DNA of 64,000 nt, from contig CAZETW010000004.1 in the NCBI GenBank assembly GCA_964515295.1, positions 4,994 to 68,993 on the forward strand. Direction: 5' to 3'. The notes beneath the pieces are model-generated. The model had not been told where the DNA came from and did no database searches. It saw nothing but the letters and a program-made list of their open reading frames with translations. The stretch comes from an uncultured bacterium (GTDB lineage: Bacteria > Zhuqueibacterota > QNDG01 > CAYUAG01). Numbering within the stretch: the first letter of the stretch is position 1; the number at the start of each line of letters is the position of its first letter. The translations under genes and the position numbers were made by a program. This document shows, piece by piece, positions 8,481 through 17,723 of the stretch.

Positions 8481-10841
8481 ATGAATAAATCATTAGATCT
8501 TAAGACTCTTGAATTTAATATAATCGTGGATTATGTTGTTCAGAATACAGTATCCAGGGAAGGAAAAGAAAAAATCAAGTCTTTTTTTTCATATAAAAAA
8601 AAGAAACATCTGCAAATCGAACTGAATCGGATTACAGAAATGGTGAATGTGCTTAACTATGATGATCCTTTTCCTCTGGAGGGATATGGTGATTTAACCC
8701 TGCATTTAGAGAGAGCGGAAATTGAAGGAAGTTATATTAATCCTGAGGGATTGTTTATTCTATCTCAGTTTTTAAAGATAGTTGAGAAATTAAAAAAATA
8801 TATTACTCAAAGAAAGCAAAAATATCCCTTATTAAAAGAGATTACAAGTGATTTTAACTCTCTGGCATCACTTCAGAATGAGATAAAAAAGATTATAGAT
8901 CCGCATGGAAACATAAAGCCGAAAGCTTCGGATAAATTATATTCTCTTCATCAGACAATAGAAAAAAATAAGGTTACCATTCGTAAAAAACTGGAGTCTA
9001 CATTAAAAACGTATATTTCAAAAGGGTATGCACGGGACAGCAATCTGGTAATTCGTCAGGGACGGCTTGCTCTGCCGATAATTGATACGTACCGCAGCGC
9101 AGTCAAAGGTATTGTGTTAGATCAGTCAGCCAGCGGGTCTACAGTTTTTGTTGAACCTATTGATATAATAGAGCTGAATAATCAGGTACATAAACTGGAA
9201 TCAGAAAAGCAAAGAGAGATTGAAAGGATATTAAAGAAGATCACTGATGTGGTAAGAGAACATATAACATCTATACATGATAATATTGAGGATTTCGGAG
9301 AACTGGATAAAGTCTATGCCAAAGCACAGTTTTCCATAGAGCTTGATTGTTTACCAGCTGAAATAAACTCTCAGGGCAAACTTAAGCTAAAAAACAGCCG
9401 TCATCCTTTACTGCTGCTGCGTGATTCTGAAGAAGATGTTGTCCCTTTATCCATTACAATGGATGATACTGTCAGAACTGTGATTATTACCGGGCCAAAT
9501 GCGGGGGGTAAGACAGTAGCGTTAAAAACTGTAGGGCTGCTTTCTCTTATGCATAATTGCGGATTTCATATACCTGCAGAGGAAGGATCTGCAATTCCGC
9601 TTTTCTCAGGTATTTTTGCTGATATCGGAGACCGTCAGTCAATTCAGCATGATCTTTCTACTTTTTCCTCACATGTTGAACGGCTGAACAGTATACTGGG
9701 GAAAAGCAATGCTGATAGTCTGGTGCTGCTGGATGAAATCGGCGCTTCAACAGATCCTGCCGAAGGAGCTGCCCTGGCAGAGGTAATTTTAGAATACCTG
9801 ACAGCATTAAAGTGTATGACTATTGCAACCACTCATATGGGAGCTTTGAAAGTTTTTGCAAATCAGCATGAACATATTGAAAATGCATCTATGCTTTTTG
9901 ACAGTAACAAACTCTCTCCTTCTTATAAATTTCAAATGGGGCTGCCCGGCTCATCCTATGCTTTTGAGATTGCTGGAAAGTATGGAATGAATGCTAATAT
10001 ACTCAACAAAGCAAGAAAACGGGTAGGTAAACAAAGGGATAAGCTGGATACCCTGATATTACAGCTTGAAAATGAGATACAGAAGTCTTCCCGGTTGTCT
10101 AAAGAAGCTGAAATTAAACATTCCAAACTAAAAGGACTTATTCATTTGTATCAGGAACGGTTGAATAAAATAAAAAAAGAAGGGAAAGAAGAGAAAAAGA
10201 AGATAATTGAACAGGCAGAGTTTTTTTTAAAGAATGCTAATATTGAAATTGAAAATATTGTACGGGAGATAAAAGAAAAACAGGCTGCAAAATCATCGAT
10301 TAAAAAAGCTAAAAAAATCCTGGAGCAAAAAAAACAAAAGATCGGGGAATTACAGGATACACATACATCGGATAAAAAAAAGGCCTTGCAAAAAGGTGAC
10401 AGGGCTTACTGGCATGGGCATACAGGGAAAGGGGAGATAATATCAGATCCGGACACCACAGGAAGAGTTTTAGTTGACTGGAATGGAGTAAGACTCAGAG
10501 TTCCTCAAAATGAGCTGCAGTTATCACCGGAATTTGATCAGGAAGATACTGAAAAACCAGAGTTCTCTGTACACTTTGATGTTGATATTTCAGATACAAT
10601 CAGGGATGAAATTGATCTGAGGGGTATGCGGGCAGAAGATGCGGTTGCAGCAGTAGATAAATATTTAAGTGATGCAGTTATGTCTGGTTTGCATTTGGTT
10701 CGTATTATCCATGGAAAGGGAACAGGTGTGTTGCGGCAGGTGATAGGAAGGCATCTAAAAGATCATAATCTGGTAAAAGATTTTCGGCTGGGCCGCTGGA
10801 ATGAAGGCGATACAGGCGTAACTATTGTAGAGATAAAATGA
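8481..10841 (+). CDS. mutS2: Endonuclease MutS2 (MutS domain V + C-terminal Smr domain)
   Basis: 786 aa; Walker A GPNAGGKT, ABC signature, C-terminal Smr (LVRIIHGKGTG). Confidence 0.92.
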   Translation: MNKSLDLKTLEFNIIVDYVVQNTVSREGKEKIKSFFSYKKKKHLQIELNRITEMVNVLNYDDPFPLEGYGDLTLHLERAEIEGSYINPEGLFILSQFLKIVEKLKKYITQRKQKYPLLKEITSDFNSLASLQNEIKKIIDPHGNIKPKASDKLYSLHQTIEKNKVTIRKKLESTLKTYISKGYARDSNLVIRQGRLALPIIDTYRSAVKGIVLDQSASGSTVFVEPIDIIELNNQVHKLESEKQREIERILKKITDVVREHITSIHDNIEDFGELDKVYAKAQFSIELDCLPAEINSQGKLKLKNSRHPLLLLRDSEEDVVPLSITMDDTVRTVIITGPNAGGKTVALKTVGLLSLMHNCGFHIPAEEGSAIPLFSGIFADIGDRQSIQHDLSTFSSHVERLNSILGKSNADSLVLLDEIGASTDPAEGAALAEVILEYLTALKCMTIATTHMGALKVFANQHEHIENASMLFDSNKLSPSYKFQMGLPGSSYAFEIAGKYGMNANILNKARKRVGKQRDKLDTLILQLENEIQKSSRLSKEAEIKHSKLKGLIHLYQERLNKIKKEGKEEKKKIIEQAEFFLKNANIEIENIVREIKEKQAAKSSIKKAKKILEQKKQKIGELQDTHTSDKKKALQKGDRAYWHGHTGKGEIISDPDTTGRVLVDWNGVRLRVPQNELQLSPEFDQEDTEKPEFSVHFDVDISDTIRDEIDLRGMRAEDAVAAVDKYLSDAVMSGLHLVRIIHGKGTGVLRQVIGRHLKDHNLVKDFRLGRWNEGDTGVTIVEIK

Positions 10842-12643
10842 AAGTTTCTGAAGAAAAGATACAGCAGATCAGGGACAGTGCGGATATTGCTGAGATCGTC
10901 TCTGATTATGTAACTCTTAAGAAAAAAGGTAAATCCCTGATGGGACTTTGTCCTTTTCATCAGGAAAAGACACCCTCATTCAGCGTAGATTCGGGAAAAG
11001 GGTTGTATCATTGTTTTGGATGTGGAGTGGGGGGGGATGTTTTTAATTTTATCATGGAAATAGAGAATATCACCTTTCCGGAAGCAGTAAGAGTTCTGGC
11101 TGAAAAATACGGAATACCTTTACCTCAGTCTCAGATGGATGAAACCTCCTCTTATGAAACAGAGATCCTCTATTATACAAACAACACAGCTAAGGATTTT
11201 TTTATTTCCTGTCTTTTTCAAACCCAGGCCGGAGCAAAAGCCCTCAACTACATTAAACAAAGAGGATTTACCTCTGAAACCATAAAAAAGTTTAATATCG
11301 GATATGCACCAAACAGGTGGGATGGTCTCATCCTCATGGCCAAGAGATCTAATCTTCCTCTCCAGCATCTGGAAAAGGCTGGTTTAATTATTAAACGGAA
11401 AGATAGAGAAGGGTACTATGATCGGTTCAGAGGAAGAATAATTTTTCCCATTTCAAACAGGACCGGAAAGGTAATAGGTTTTGGGGGCAGGATAATAAAA
11501 GAGGGGAAACATCAACCTAAGTACATCAACTCACCGGAAACGTTGATTTATAAAAAAGGAGCTCAGTTGTACGGTCTGGATATTGCTAAGGACGGAATCA
11601 GAAAAAAAGACAAAATACTGCTGGTGGAAGGATACACTGATGTTATGCGCCTTCATCAGAATGAATTTGATAATGCTGTATCGACCCTGGGAACCGCTTT
11701 GACTGAAAAGCAGGCTCAGATACTGGCCCGGTATTCCAAGAATGTCACCTTACTTTTTGATGGTGATTCGGCCGGATTAAAGGCTGCCTTAAGAGGAGTG
11801 GATATATTGTTTAAAACCGGATTAAAAGTTACTATAGCGCTGCTTCCCAAGGGGATAGATCCTGATTCTTTTCTACTCGAAAAAAGTCAAAAATTAATGA
11901 ATGAATATATTGAATCCGCTAAATCATTTGTAGATTTCCATTTACAGCAGTTACAAATCAGGGACAGCCTAAATTCACCTCAGACAAAAGCAGAGACAGC
12001 CAAGAAACTTTTAGATACTGTCAGACATATCAGAGACCCTTTGGAAAGAAATTTTTATATAAAGGATATTTCTGAGAAGTTCGGAATTGATGAAAAATTT
12101 TTACATAATTTGCAGTTCAAAAAAAATGACAGAAACGATAAAAACAGTTATAATACGGGGAAACAACATCCTGAAAATGCTGAGGATATTCTGCTGATTT
12201 TTCTTCTGGAGAATTTTATCAAATGGTCGAAGGTAATATTTGATTTTATAGATGAAGAGGATATTACATCAAATTCTATTTTATTGACAATTTATAAAGA
12301 CTACTCTCAGCATAAAATAAGAGATGAAAATGATATCATGGACAGATTTACTGAAAGGCCTGAAATAAAATCTTATCTTACTGCTCTTGTGGCCAGGAGA
12401 AAGGATACTGTTACCAAAGATGAAGATTATAATAATTTATGCGCAGATTGTATAATTACAATAAAAAAAAGAAATATAAAAAATCGCATTAAAAGATGTC
12501 AGGAACAAATACGCAAGGATCAGAAGTACAATAAAGATGTCAGTCAGTTGCAAAATGAATATTTCAAGTTAAAAAAAGAACTGGTTGGTTTTACCAAAGA
12601 AATGAAAGAAGCAGCGTTAAAAAAAATTGAAAAAAACAGTTGA
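10838..12643 (+). CDS. dnaG: DNA primase DnaG
   Basis: 601 aa; CHC2 zinc finger (CPFHQEKTPSF...CFGCG), TOPRIM motifs (EGYTDV, DGDSAG). Confidence 0.93.
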   Translation: MKVSEEKIQQIRDSADIAEIVSDYVTLKKKGKSLMGLCPFHQEKTPSFSVDSGKGLYHCFGCGVGGDVFNFIMEIENITFPEAVRVLAEKYGIPLPQSQMDETSSYETEILYYTNNTAKDFFISCLFQTQAGAKALNYIKQRGFTSETIKKFNIGYAPNRWDGLILMAKRSNLPLQHLEKAGLIIKRKDREGYYDRFRGRIIFPISNRTGKVIGFGGRIIKEGKHQPKYINSPETLIYKKGAQLYGLDIAKDGIRKKDKILLVEGYTDVMRLHQNEFDNAVSTLGTALTEKQAQILARYSKNVTLLFDGDSAGLKAALRGVDILFKTGLKVTIALLPKGIDPDSFLLEKSQKLMNEYIESAKSFVDFHLQQLQIRDSLNSPQTKAETAKKLLDTVRHIRDPLERNFYIKDISEKFGIDEKFLHNLQFKKNDRNDKNSYNTGKQHPENAEDILLIFLLENFIKWSKVIFDFIDEEDITSNSILLTIYKDYSQHKIRDENDIMDRFTERPEIKSYLTALVARRKDTVTKDEDYNNLCADCIITIKKRNIKNRIKRCQEQIRKDQKYNKDVSQLQNEYFKLKKELVGFTKEMKEAALKKIEKNS

Positions 12644-12668
12644 AAAAGTAAAAAGATTTTATTATAAT
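12642..12668 (+). promoter_or_regulatory. Candidate sigma70-like promoter for tRNA-Met (TTGAAA-15 nt-TATAAT)
   Basis: Hexamers read directly; spacer slightly short, so weak call. Confidence 0.3.
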
Positions 12669-12687
12669 TATAGCTTGGGAAAAAAGA

Positions 12688-12761
12688 GGGCCCATAGCTC
12701 AGTTGGTTAGAGCAACGGACTCATAATCCGTCGGTCGAAGGTTCGAGTCCTTCTGGGCCCA
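12688..12761 (+). tRNA. tRNA with anticodon CAU (elongator Met or lysidine-modified Ile2; 1:72 is a G-C pair so not an initiator)
   Basis: Hand-folded cloverleaf: 7-bp acceptor GGGCCCA/TGGGCCC, anticodon loop CTCATAA, T-arm GGTTCGAGTCC; no encoded CCA. Confidence 0.85.
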
Positions 12762-12854
12762 CATGAGATAAGAATTTCGATAAGGAGGAATATACATTAA
12801 CGGGGTCGGAAAAAAAATACAAACAGAAATTGGTATAAAGCGCAACATATATAA

Positions 12855-12885
12855 AGTGCACCTTATAAGGGGGCACTTTTTTTTA
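12855..12885 (+). terminator. Rho-independent terminator after tRNA-Met
   Basis: AGTGCACC-TTATAA-GGGGGCACT stem-loop followed by T8 run. Confidence 0.6.
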
Positions 12886-12921
12886 TTTTAGAGCAAATAT
12901 AACACGATACAGGAGGCATTT

Positions 12922-13647
12922 TTGCAAGAATTAATAGAATATTTAAAAGAACTTCAGAGTATCGATTCAGAACTACAATTTATCGGGGATTTACGAGGTA
13001 ATCTTCCACATCAGGTTGATATGTTACATAATGAGCTTAACCAAGCAAAGGATATATATACCAATAAAAAAAAGCAATTGGAACAGACAAAAAAAGAAAT
13101 CAGATTAACGCAACTGACTATCGAAGATCTTAAAAAGAAGAAAGAAAAGTATCAGGCTCAATTGTTTGAAGTTACCAATAATAGAGAGTACGACGCAGTT
13201 ACTTCAGAAATTGACAGTGTTGATAATACTATTAGTGATAATGAAGACAAAGTGATTATGTTAATGGAACAGGAAGAACAACTTACTGCTGAACTTGATA
13301 AGGATAAGGAGCAGGTAGATAAATTGCAACAAAATTTAGAAAAAAAAGAAACCGAGTTAGAGAAAAAAAATGCAAAAACTGAAAAAGAGGAATTAACACT
13401 TAAAGATAAAAAGGATAAGCTGATTTCCAGGATTGATCAACGGTATTTATCCATGTATGAACGTATCAGAAAGGCTAAGAATGGATTGGCTGTAGTTCCT
13501 ATCCAGAATGGAGCATGTGGCGGTTGTTCCAAAAGGCTTCCGACTCAGAAGGTATTAGAAATTCGTTCTAAGAAAGGAATGTATGTTTGTGAAGTGTGCG
13601 GTCGAATAATTGTTTCGGATGGTGCTGCATCTTTGAGAAAGAAATGA
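12922..13647 (+). CDS. Zinc-ribbon domain protein (coiled-coil N-terminus, C-terminal C4 zinc ribbon; DUF164-like)
   Basis: 241 aa; TTG start 5 nt after AGGAGG; long K/E-rich coiled coil then CGGCSKRLP...CEVCGR zinc ribbon. Confidence 0.7.
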   Translation: MQELIEYLKELQSIDSELQFIGDLRGNLPHQVDMLHNELNQAKDIYTNKKKQLEQTKKEIRLTQLTIEDLKKKKEKYQAQLFEVTNNREYDAVTSEIDSVDNTISDNEDKVIMLMEQEEQLTAELDKDKEQVDKLQQNLEKKETELEKKNAKTEKEELTLKDKKDKLISRIDQRYLSMYERIRKAKNGLAVVPIQNGACGGCSKRLPTQKVLEIRSKKGMYVCEVCGRIIVSDGAASLRKK

Positions 13648-14066
13648 AACTTTTTTGCTATATTGATGGTTCCTGTATAGGGAACCCAGGTGATGCCGGA
13701 TTTGGGATTATTGTTAAAGATGAAACTGATACTATTCTTGAGATGTATGGAAATTATATCGGGGAGGCTACTAATAATATTGCTGAATATCAGGCATTAA
13801 TTTCCTGTTTAGAGTTGATTGAAAAATATAATATGGACACAGTGGTTATATATTCAGACAGTCAGCTGGTGGTTAATCAAATCAAGGGATTATATAAAGT
13901 AAAAAAAGAACATTTAAAGAAATTATTTGATAAAGTGCAGAATATTATGTATGATGTTTCTTATAAGATAGATATTATTCATATTCCGAGAGAAAAAAAC
14001 AAGGAAGCAGATAAACTGGCCAGAATGGCCATAAAATTAAAAACAAAAGTTACTGAATTTGAGTAA
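13644..14066 (+). CDS. rnhA: Ribonuclease HI
   Basis: MKLFCYIDGSCIGNPGDAGFG... catalytic DEDD residues (D..E..D..D) present; ATGA overlap with upstream stop. Confidence 0.85.
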   Translation: MKLFCYIDGSCIGNPGDAGFGIIVKDETDTILEMYGNYIGEATNNIAEYQALISCLELIEKYNMDTVVIYSDSQLVVNQIKGLYKVKKEHLKKLFDKVQNIMYDVSYKIDIIHIPREKNKEADKLARMAIKLKTKVTEFE

Positions 14067-14073
14067 TGAAACA

Positions 14074-14476
14074 GGGCAGAACAGGTGATCGCGGGGTTGT
14101 GATTTAATAAACTATAACCCTGAGGAAAGTCCGGACTCCACAGGACAGGATGCTCCATGAACAGGAGGCATTCCTCATAAGGAATGACGGAAAGTGCCAC
14201 AGAAAAAAAACCGCTCAATATTACTGTCTCAGTTGTATTGAGTAAGGGTGAAAAGGCGAGGTAAAAGCTCACCGGTTCTGCGGTGACGCAGAACGACATG
14301 GTAAACCCCATCCGGAGCAAGGCCAAATAGATGAGAAAATTTATTACGAAATGGTCCGTTTCGTCTGACTCATGGGTAGGCCGCAGCGAGGATGTCTGCT
14401 AACAGACATCTTCCATAAGATAAATGATCACCATTTCCTCTATGAGGAAAACAGAATCCGGCTTATCGTTCTGCCC
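14074..14476 (+). ncRNA. rnpB: RNase P RNA, bacterial type A (rnpB)
   Basis: Conserved blocks GAGGAAAGTCCGGACTCCACAGG, GAAAGTGCCACAG, GGTAAACCCCATCCGGAGCAAGGCCAAATAG, ACAGAATCCGGCTTA; P1 pairing GGGCAGAAC/GTTCTGCCC at the ends. Confidence 0.88.
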
Positions 14477-14501
14477 CAGTAATTTTGAGGTCTTTAATAA
14501 A

Positions 14502-16193
14502 ATGAAATGGAATATCAAAAAAGCAACCAACAGGAAAGAGGTAAGATATCTTGTCTCCGAATTTGGCATACCCTCTATTATAGCAAACATTTTATTCGAT
14601 CGTAACATTAATGATAAAGAAAAAATTAGATCATTTTTTAAAGGTCACTGGAGTGATTCCTATGATCCCTTTCTTTTAAAAGATATGGATAAAGCAGTTA
14701 CAAGAGTAATAAAAGCAATTAAGGAAAAAGAAAAGATTCTAATTTACGGAGATTATGATGTTGACGGGATTACTTCTGTAAGTTCATTGAAGTTATTTCT
14801 CGATCGATTAGGGGGGGATGTACATTATTATATACCTGACCGACTTAAGGATGGATATGGATTGTCTGATTCAGGAATCAGTAAAGTAGCAGAACAAAAT
14901 GCCACTTTACTTATTACAGTTGACTGCGGCGTTAAAGCTGTCCAGGAAATTAATAGAGCCAGGGATAAAGGCATTGACACCATCATATGCGATCATCATG
15001 AGCCAGGTGCTGTTCTTCCCCGGGCAACGGCAATTTTGAATCCAAAACAAAAAGAATGCAGGTATCCTTTTAAAGAACTGGCTGGTGTAGGGGTGGCTTT
15101 TAAACTCATACAGGGAGTGAATAAATATTTAAATCTGGAATACGAGAAAAGCAAACAATATCTGGATTTAGTGGCACTGGGGACAGCTGCGGATATTGTG
15201 CCTCTTGTTGATGAAAACAGACTTTTTGTTAAAGAGGGACTGAAGAGTATTACTCGGGCTGAAAGAGTTGGTGTCCGGTCTTTGATGGAAATTGCAGGAT
15301 TAACGGGGAGAAGGATCAGTACAGGACAGATTGTTTTTGTTCTAGCTCCGCGTTTAAATGCTGCAGGAAGAGTAGGAAGTGCAGAGAGAGGTGTGAGGTT
15401 ACTCACTACTGAAAATCAGCAGCAGGCGGCAGACCTGGCGCAGATCCTTGAATCGGAAAACAAATTAAGAAAAGATATTGATGAAAAAACTTTTAATGAA
15501 GCACTTGAAATGCTGGAATCAATATATGATGTCCAGGAAGACAGGATAGTAGTGCTGGCAAAAGAAGGATGGCATCCGGGGGTGATAGGTATTGTAGCAT
15601 CCCGTATATCTGAAGAAATAAACCGGCCTGTGGTAATGATCTCTGTTGAGGATTCCGTTGGTAAAGGTTCAGCAAGAAGCATTAGACAATTTGATATGTA
15701 CTCAGCTCTTAGCTTATGTAAGAAAAATTTAATTCAATTTGGCGGACATAAATATGCTGCTGGTTTGACAATAGATGAGTTAAAAATCGATGATTTTCGT
15801 GAACAATTAAAGACGATATCACTGGATATGATTTCAAAGGATGATTTGGTTAAAACCGTTAATATTGATATGGAAATATCGTTATCAGATATTGATGATA
15901 CATTGGTCAAGTATCTTAAACTTTTTGAACCTTACGGACCCAAAAATATGCGTCCTGTTTTTATGTCCCGGAATCTTCAGGTCATAGGAACTCCCCGTAT
16001 AGTCGGCAGGAATCATCTCAAATTTAAAGTACGAGATAAAAATAGAATATTTGATGCCATTGGTTTTAATCTGGGTGATTTGATTTACCGGCTCAGTCCC
16101 GGAGAAAATAATCTTGATATGGTATATATAATAGAAGAGAATCACTGGAATGGAAGGACGCAGACTCAACTCAGGGTTAAAGATATTAAATAA
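14502..16193 (+). CDS. recJ: Single-stranded-DNA-specific exonuclease RecJ
   Basis: DHH motifs (IYGDYDVDGITS, DHH), DHHA1, C-terminal OB fold; start moved to MKWNIKK to clear rnpB. Confidence 0.9.
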   Translation: MKWNIKKATNRKEVRYLVSEFGIPSIIANILFDRNINDKEKIRSFFKGHWSDSYDPFLLKDMDKAVTRVIKAIKEKEKILIYGDYDVDGITSVSSLKLFLDRLGGDVHYYIPDRLKDGYGLSDSGISKVAEQNATLLITVDCGVKAVQEINRARDKGIDTIICDHHEPGAVLPRATAILNPKQKECRYPFKELAGVGVAFKLIQGVNKYLNLEYEKSKQYLDLVALGTAADIVPLVDENRLFVKEGLKSITRAERVGVRSLMEIAGLTGRRISTGQIVFVLAPRLNAAGRVGSAERGVRLLTTENQQQAADLAQILESENKLRKDIDEKTFNEALEMLESIYDVQEDRIVVLAKEGWHPGVIGIVASRISEEINRPVVMISVEDSVGKGSARSIRQFDMYSALSLCKKNLIQFGGHKYAAGLTIDELKIDDFREQLKTISLDMISKDDLVKTVNIDMEISLSDIDDTLVKYLKLFEPYGPKNMRPVFMSRNLQVIGTPRIVGRNHLKFKVRDKNRIFDAIGFNLGDLIYRLSPGENNLDMVYIIEENHWNGRTQTQLRVKDIK

Positions 16194-16245
16194 AGAGCAT
16201 AGATATAAAACTTAAAAAATTGATTTCTTTTGGAGGTGTGCATTT

Positions 16246-17166
16246 ATGGTTTTTAATGAAGAAGCTAAAATATGGAAAAACGGGAAATTTATTAACTGGA
16301 AGGATGCAACTATCCATTTAGCATCACATGTTGTTCATTATGGAACCAGTGTATTCGAAGGGACACGTTGCTACAATACCAGAAATGGCCCTGCTATTTT
16401 CAGATTATCTGATCATAATCAACGGCTTTTAAATTCTGCAAAAATTTACCGAATGAAAATTCCATATACAGTTGAAGATCTTAATAAAGCCTGTAAGGAG
16501 CTGCTCAGGATAAATAAATTTTCTGCAGCCTATATAAGACCGCTTATCTATAGAGGATATAATTCCCTTGGAGTCGATCCGTCTGCATGCCCCATAGAGA
16601 CTGCAATATTGAGCTGGGAGTGGGGTAAATATCTGGGAGAAGATGCACTTGAAAAAGGAGTGGATGTAAGAATTTCTTCCTGGAACCGGCTCTCCCCCAA
16701 TACCATGCCTTCATTAAGCAAATGCGGTGCTAATTATATGAATGCGCAATTAATTAAAATGGAAGCTCTGGAAGACGGGTATATTGAAGGTATTGGCTTA
16801 AGTGCAAAAGGAACGCTTTCTGAAGGAAGCGGCGAAAATGTATTTGTATTGTATAAGAATAAATTATATACACCGCCTGTTGAAGATTCAATTTTACCGG
16901 GAATCACCAGGGATTCTGTGATCATTATCGCTCAGGAGCACGGTATTGAAGTATTAGAAAAGTCTATTCCAAGAGAGATGGTTTATATTGCAGAAGAAGT
17001 ATTTTTTACCGGTACTGCTGCAGAAATCACCCCTATTCGTTCAGTAGACAGAATAGAGATCGGTAAGGGCTCCCGGGGACCTGTCACTGAATCTATACAA
17101 AAAGAATTTTTTGGAATATTGAGCGGTGAACGTAAAGATACATATAACTGGCTTGATTATGTATAA
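16246..17166 (+). CDS. ilvE: Branched-chain amino acid aminotransferase (class IV)
   Basis: 306 aa; N-terminal WKNGKFINWKDATIHLASHVVHYGTSVFEG, PLP-lysine region; typical IlvE length. Confidence 0.9.
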   Translation: MVFNEEAKIWKNGKFINWKDATIHLASHVVHYGTSVFEGTRCYNTRNGPAIFRLSDHNQRLLNSAKIYRMKIPYTVEDLNKACKELLRINKFSAAYIRPLIYRGYNSLGVDPSACPIETAILSWEWGKYLGEDALEKGVDVRISSWNRLSPNTMPSLSKCGANYMNAQLIKMEALEDGYIEGIGLSAKGTLSEGSGENVFVLYKNKLYTPPVEDSILPGITRDSVIIIAQEHGIEVLEKSIPREMVYIAEEVFFTGTAAEITPIRSVDRIEIGKGSRGPVTESIQKEFFGILSGERKDTYNWLDYV

Positions 17167-17181
17167 AAATTTTGATAACAT

Positions 17182-17619
17182 ATGAAAAAAAGAAGACGGG
17201 CCAGAGAATTTGCTCTGCAGACATTGTATGCTCATGAGCTTACTGGAAATGATCTAAAAACACTTCTTGTACAATTAAAAAACAGAACAACTCAGGAAGA
17301 AGTCTATGAGTTTGCTTCCAGTCTGGTGAGAAAAGTGTTGGAAAAAAATGATTTTCTTGATAAACATGTAGCCCTGAGTGTTAAAAACTGGGAATACAAC
17401 CGAATTGCTATAATTGATAAAATTATTTTAAAGATGGCGTTATGTGAACTGCTTTTTTTCGAAGAAATTCCGCCCCGAGTTTCCATTAATGAGGCCATTG
17501 ACCTGGCTAAAATTTTCAGTACACAGAAAAGCGGGAAATTTGTTAATGGAATCATTGATAATCTTTATAAAAAGTTTACAGTGGAGGGGAAAATAAAAAA
17601 GAAAGCAAATGACTGGTGA
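17182..17619 (+). CDS. nusB: Transcription antitermination factor NusB
   Basis: 145 aa; RRxAREFALQxLYAHE N-terminus. Confidence 0.88.
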   Translation: MKKRRRAREFALQTLYAHELTGNDLKTLLVQLKNRTTQEEVYEFASSLVRKVLEKNDFLDKHVALSVKNWEYNRIAIIDKIILKMALCELLFFEEIPPRVSINEAIDLAKIFSTQKSGKFVNGIIDNLYKKFTVEGKIKKKANDW

Positions 17620-17723
17620 ACAAAACTCAATAATAAAAGTATAAAAAAAGAGAGTTTTATTTATAATGATATTATTTTAATTGTAAAGTATACTTTTTAG
17701 TATGAAATAGTACGGAGAAATAT

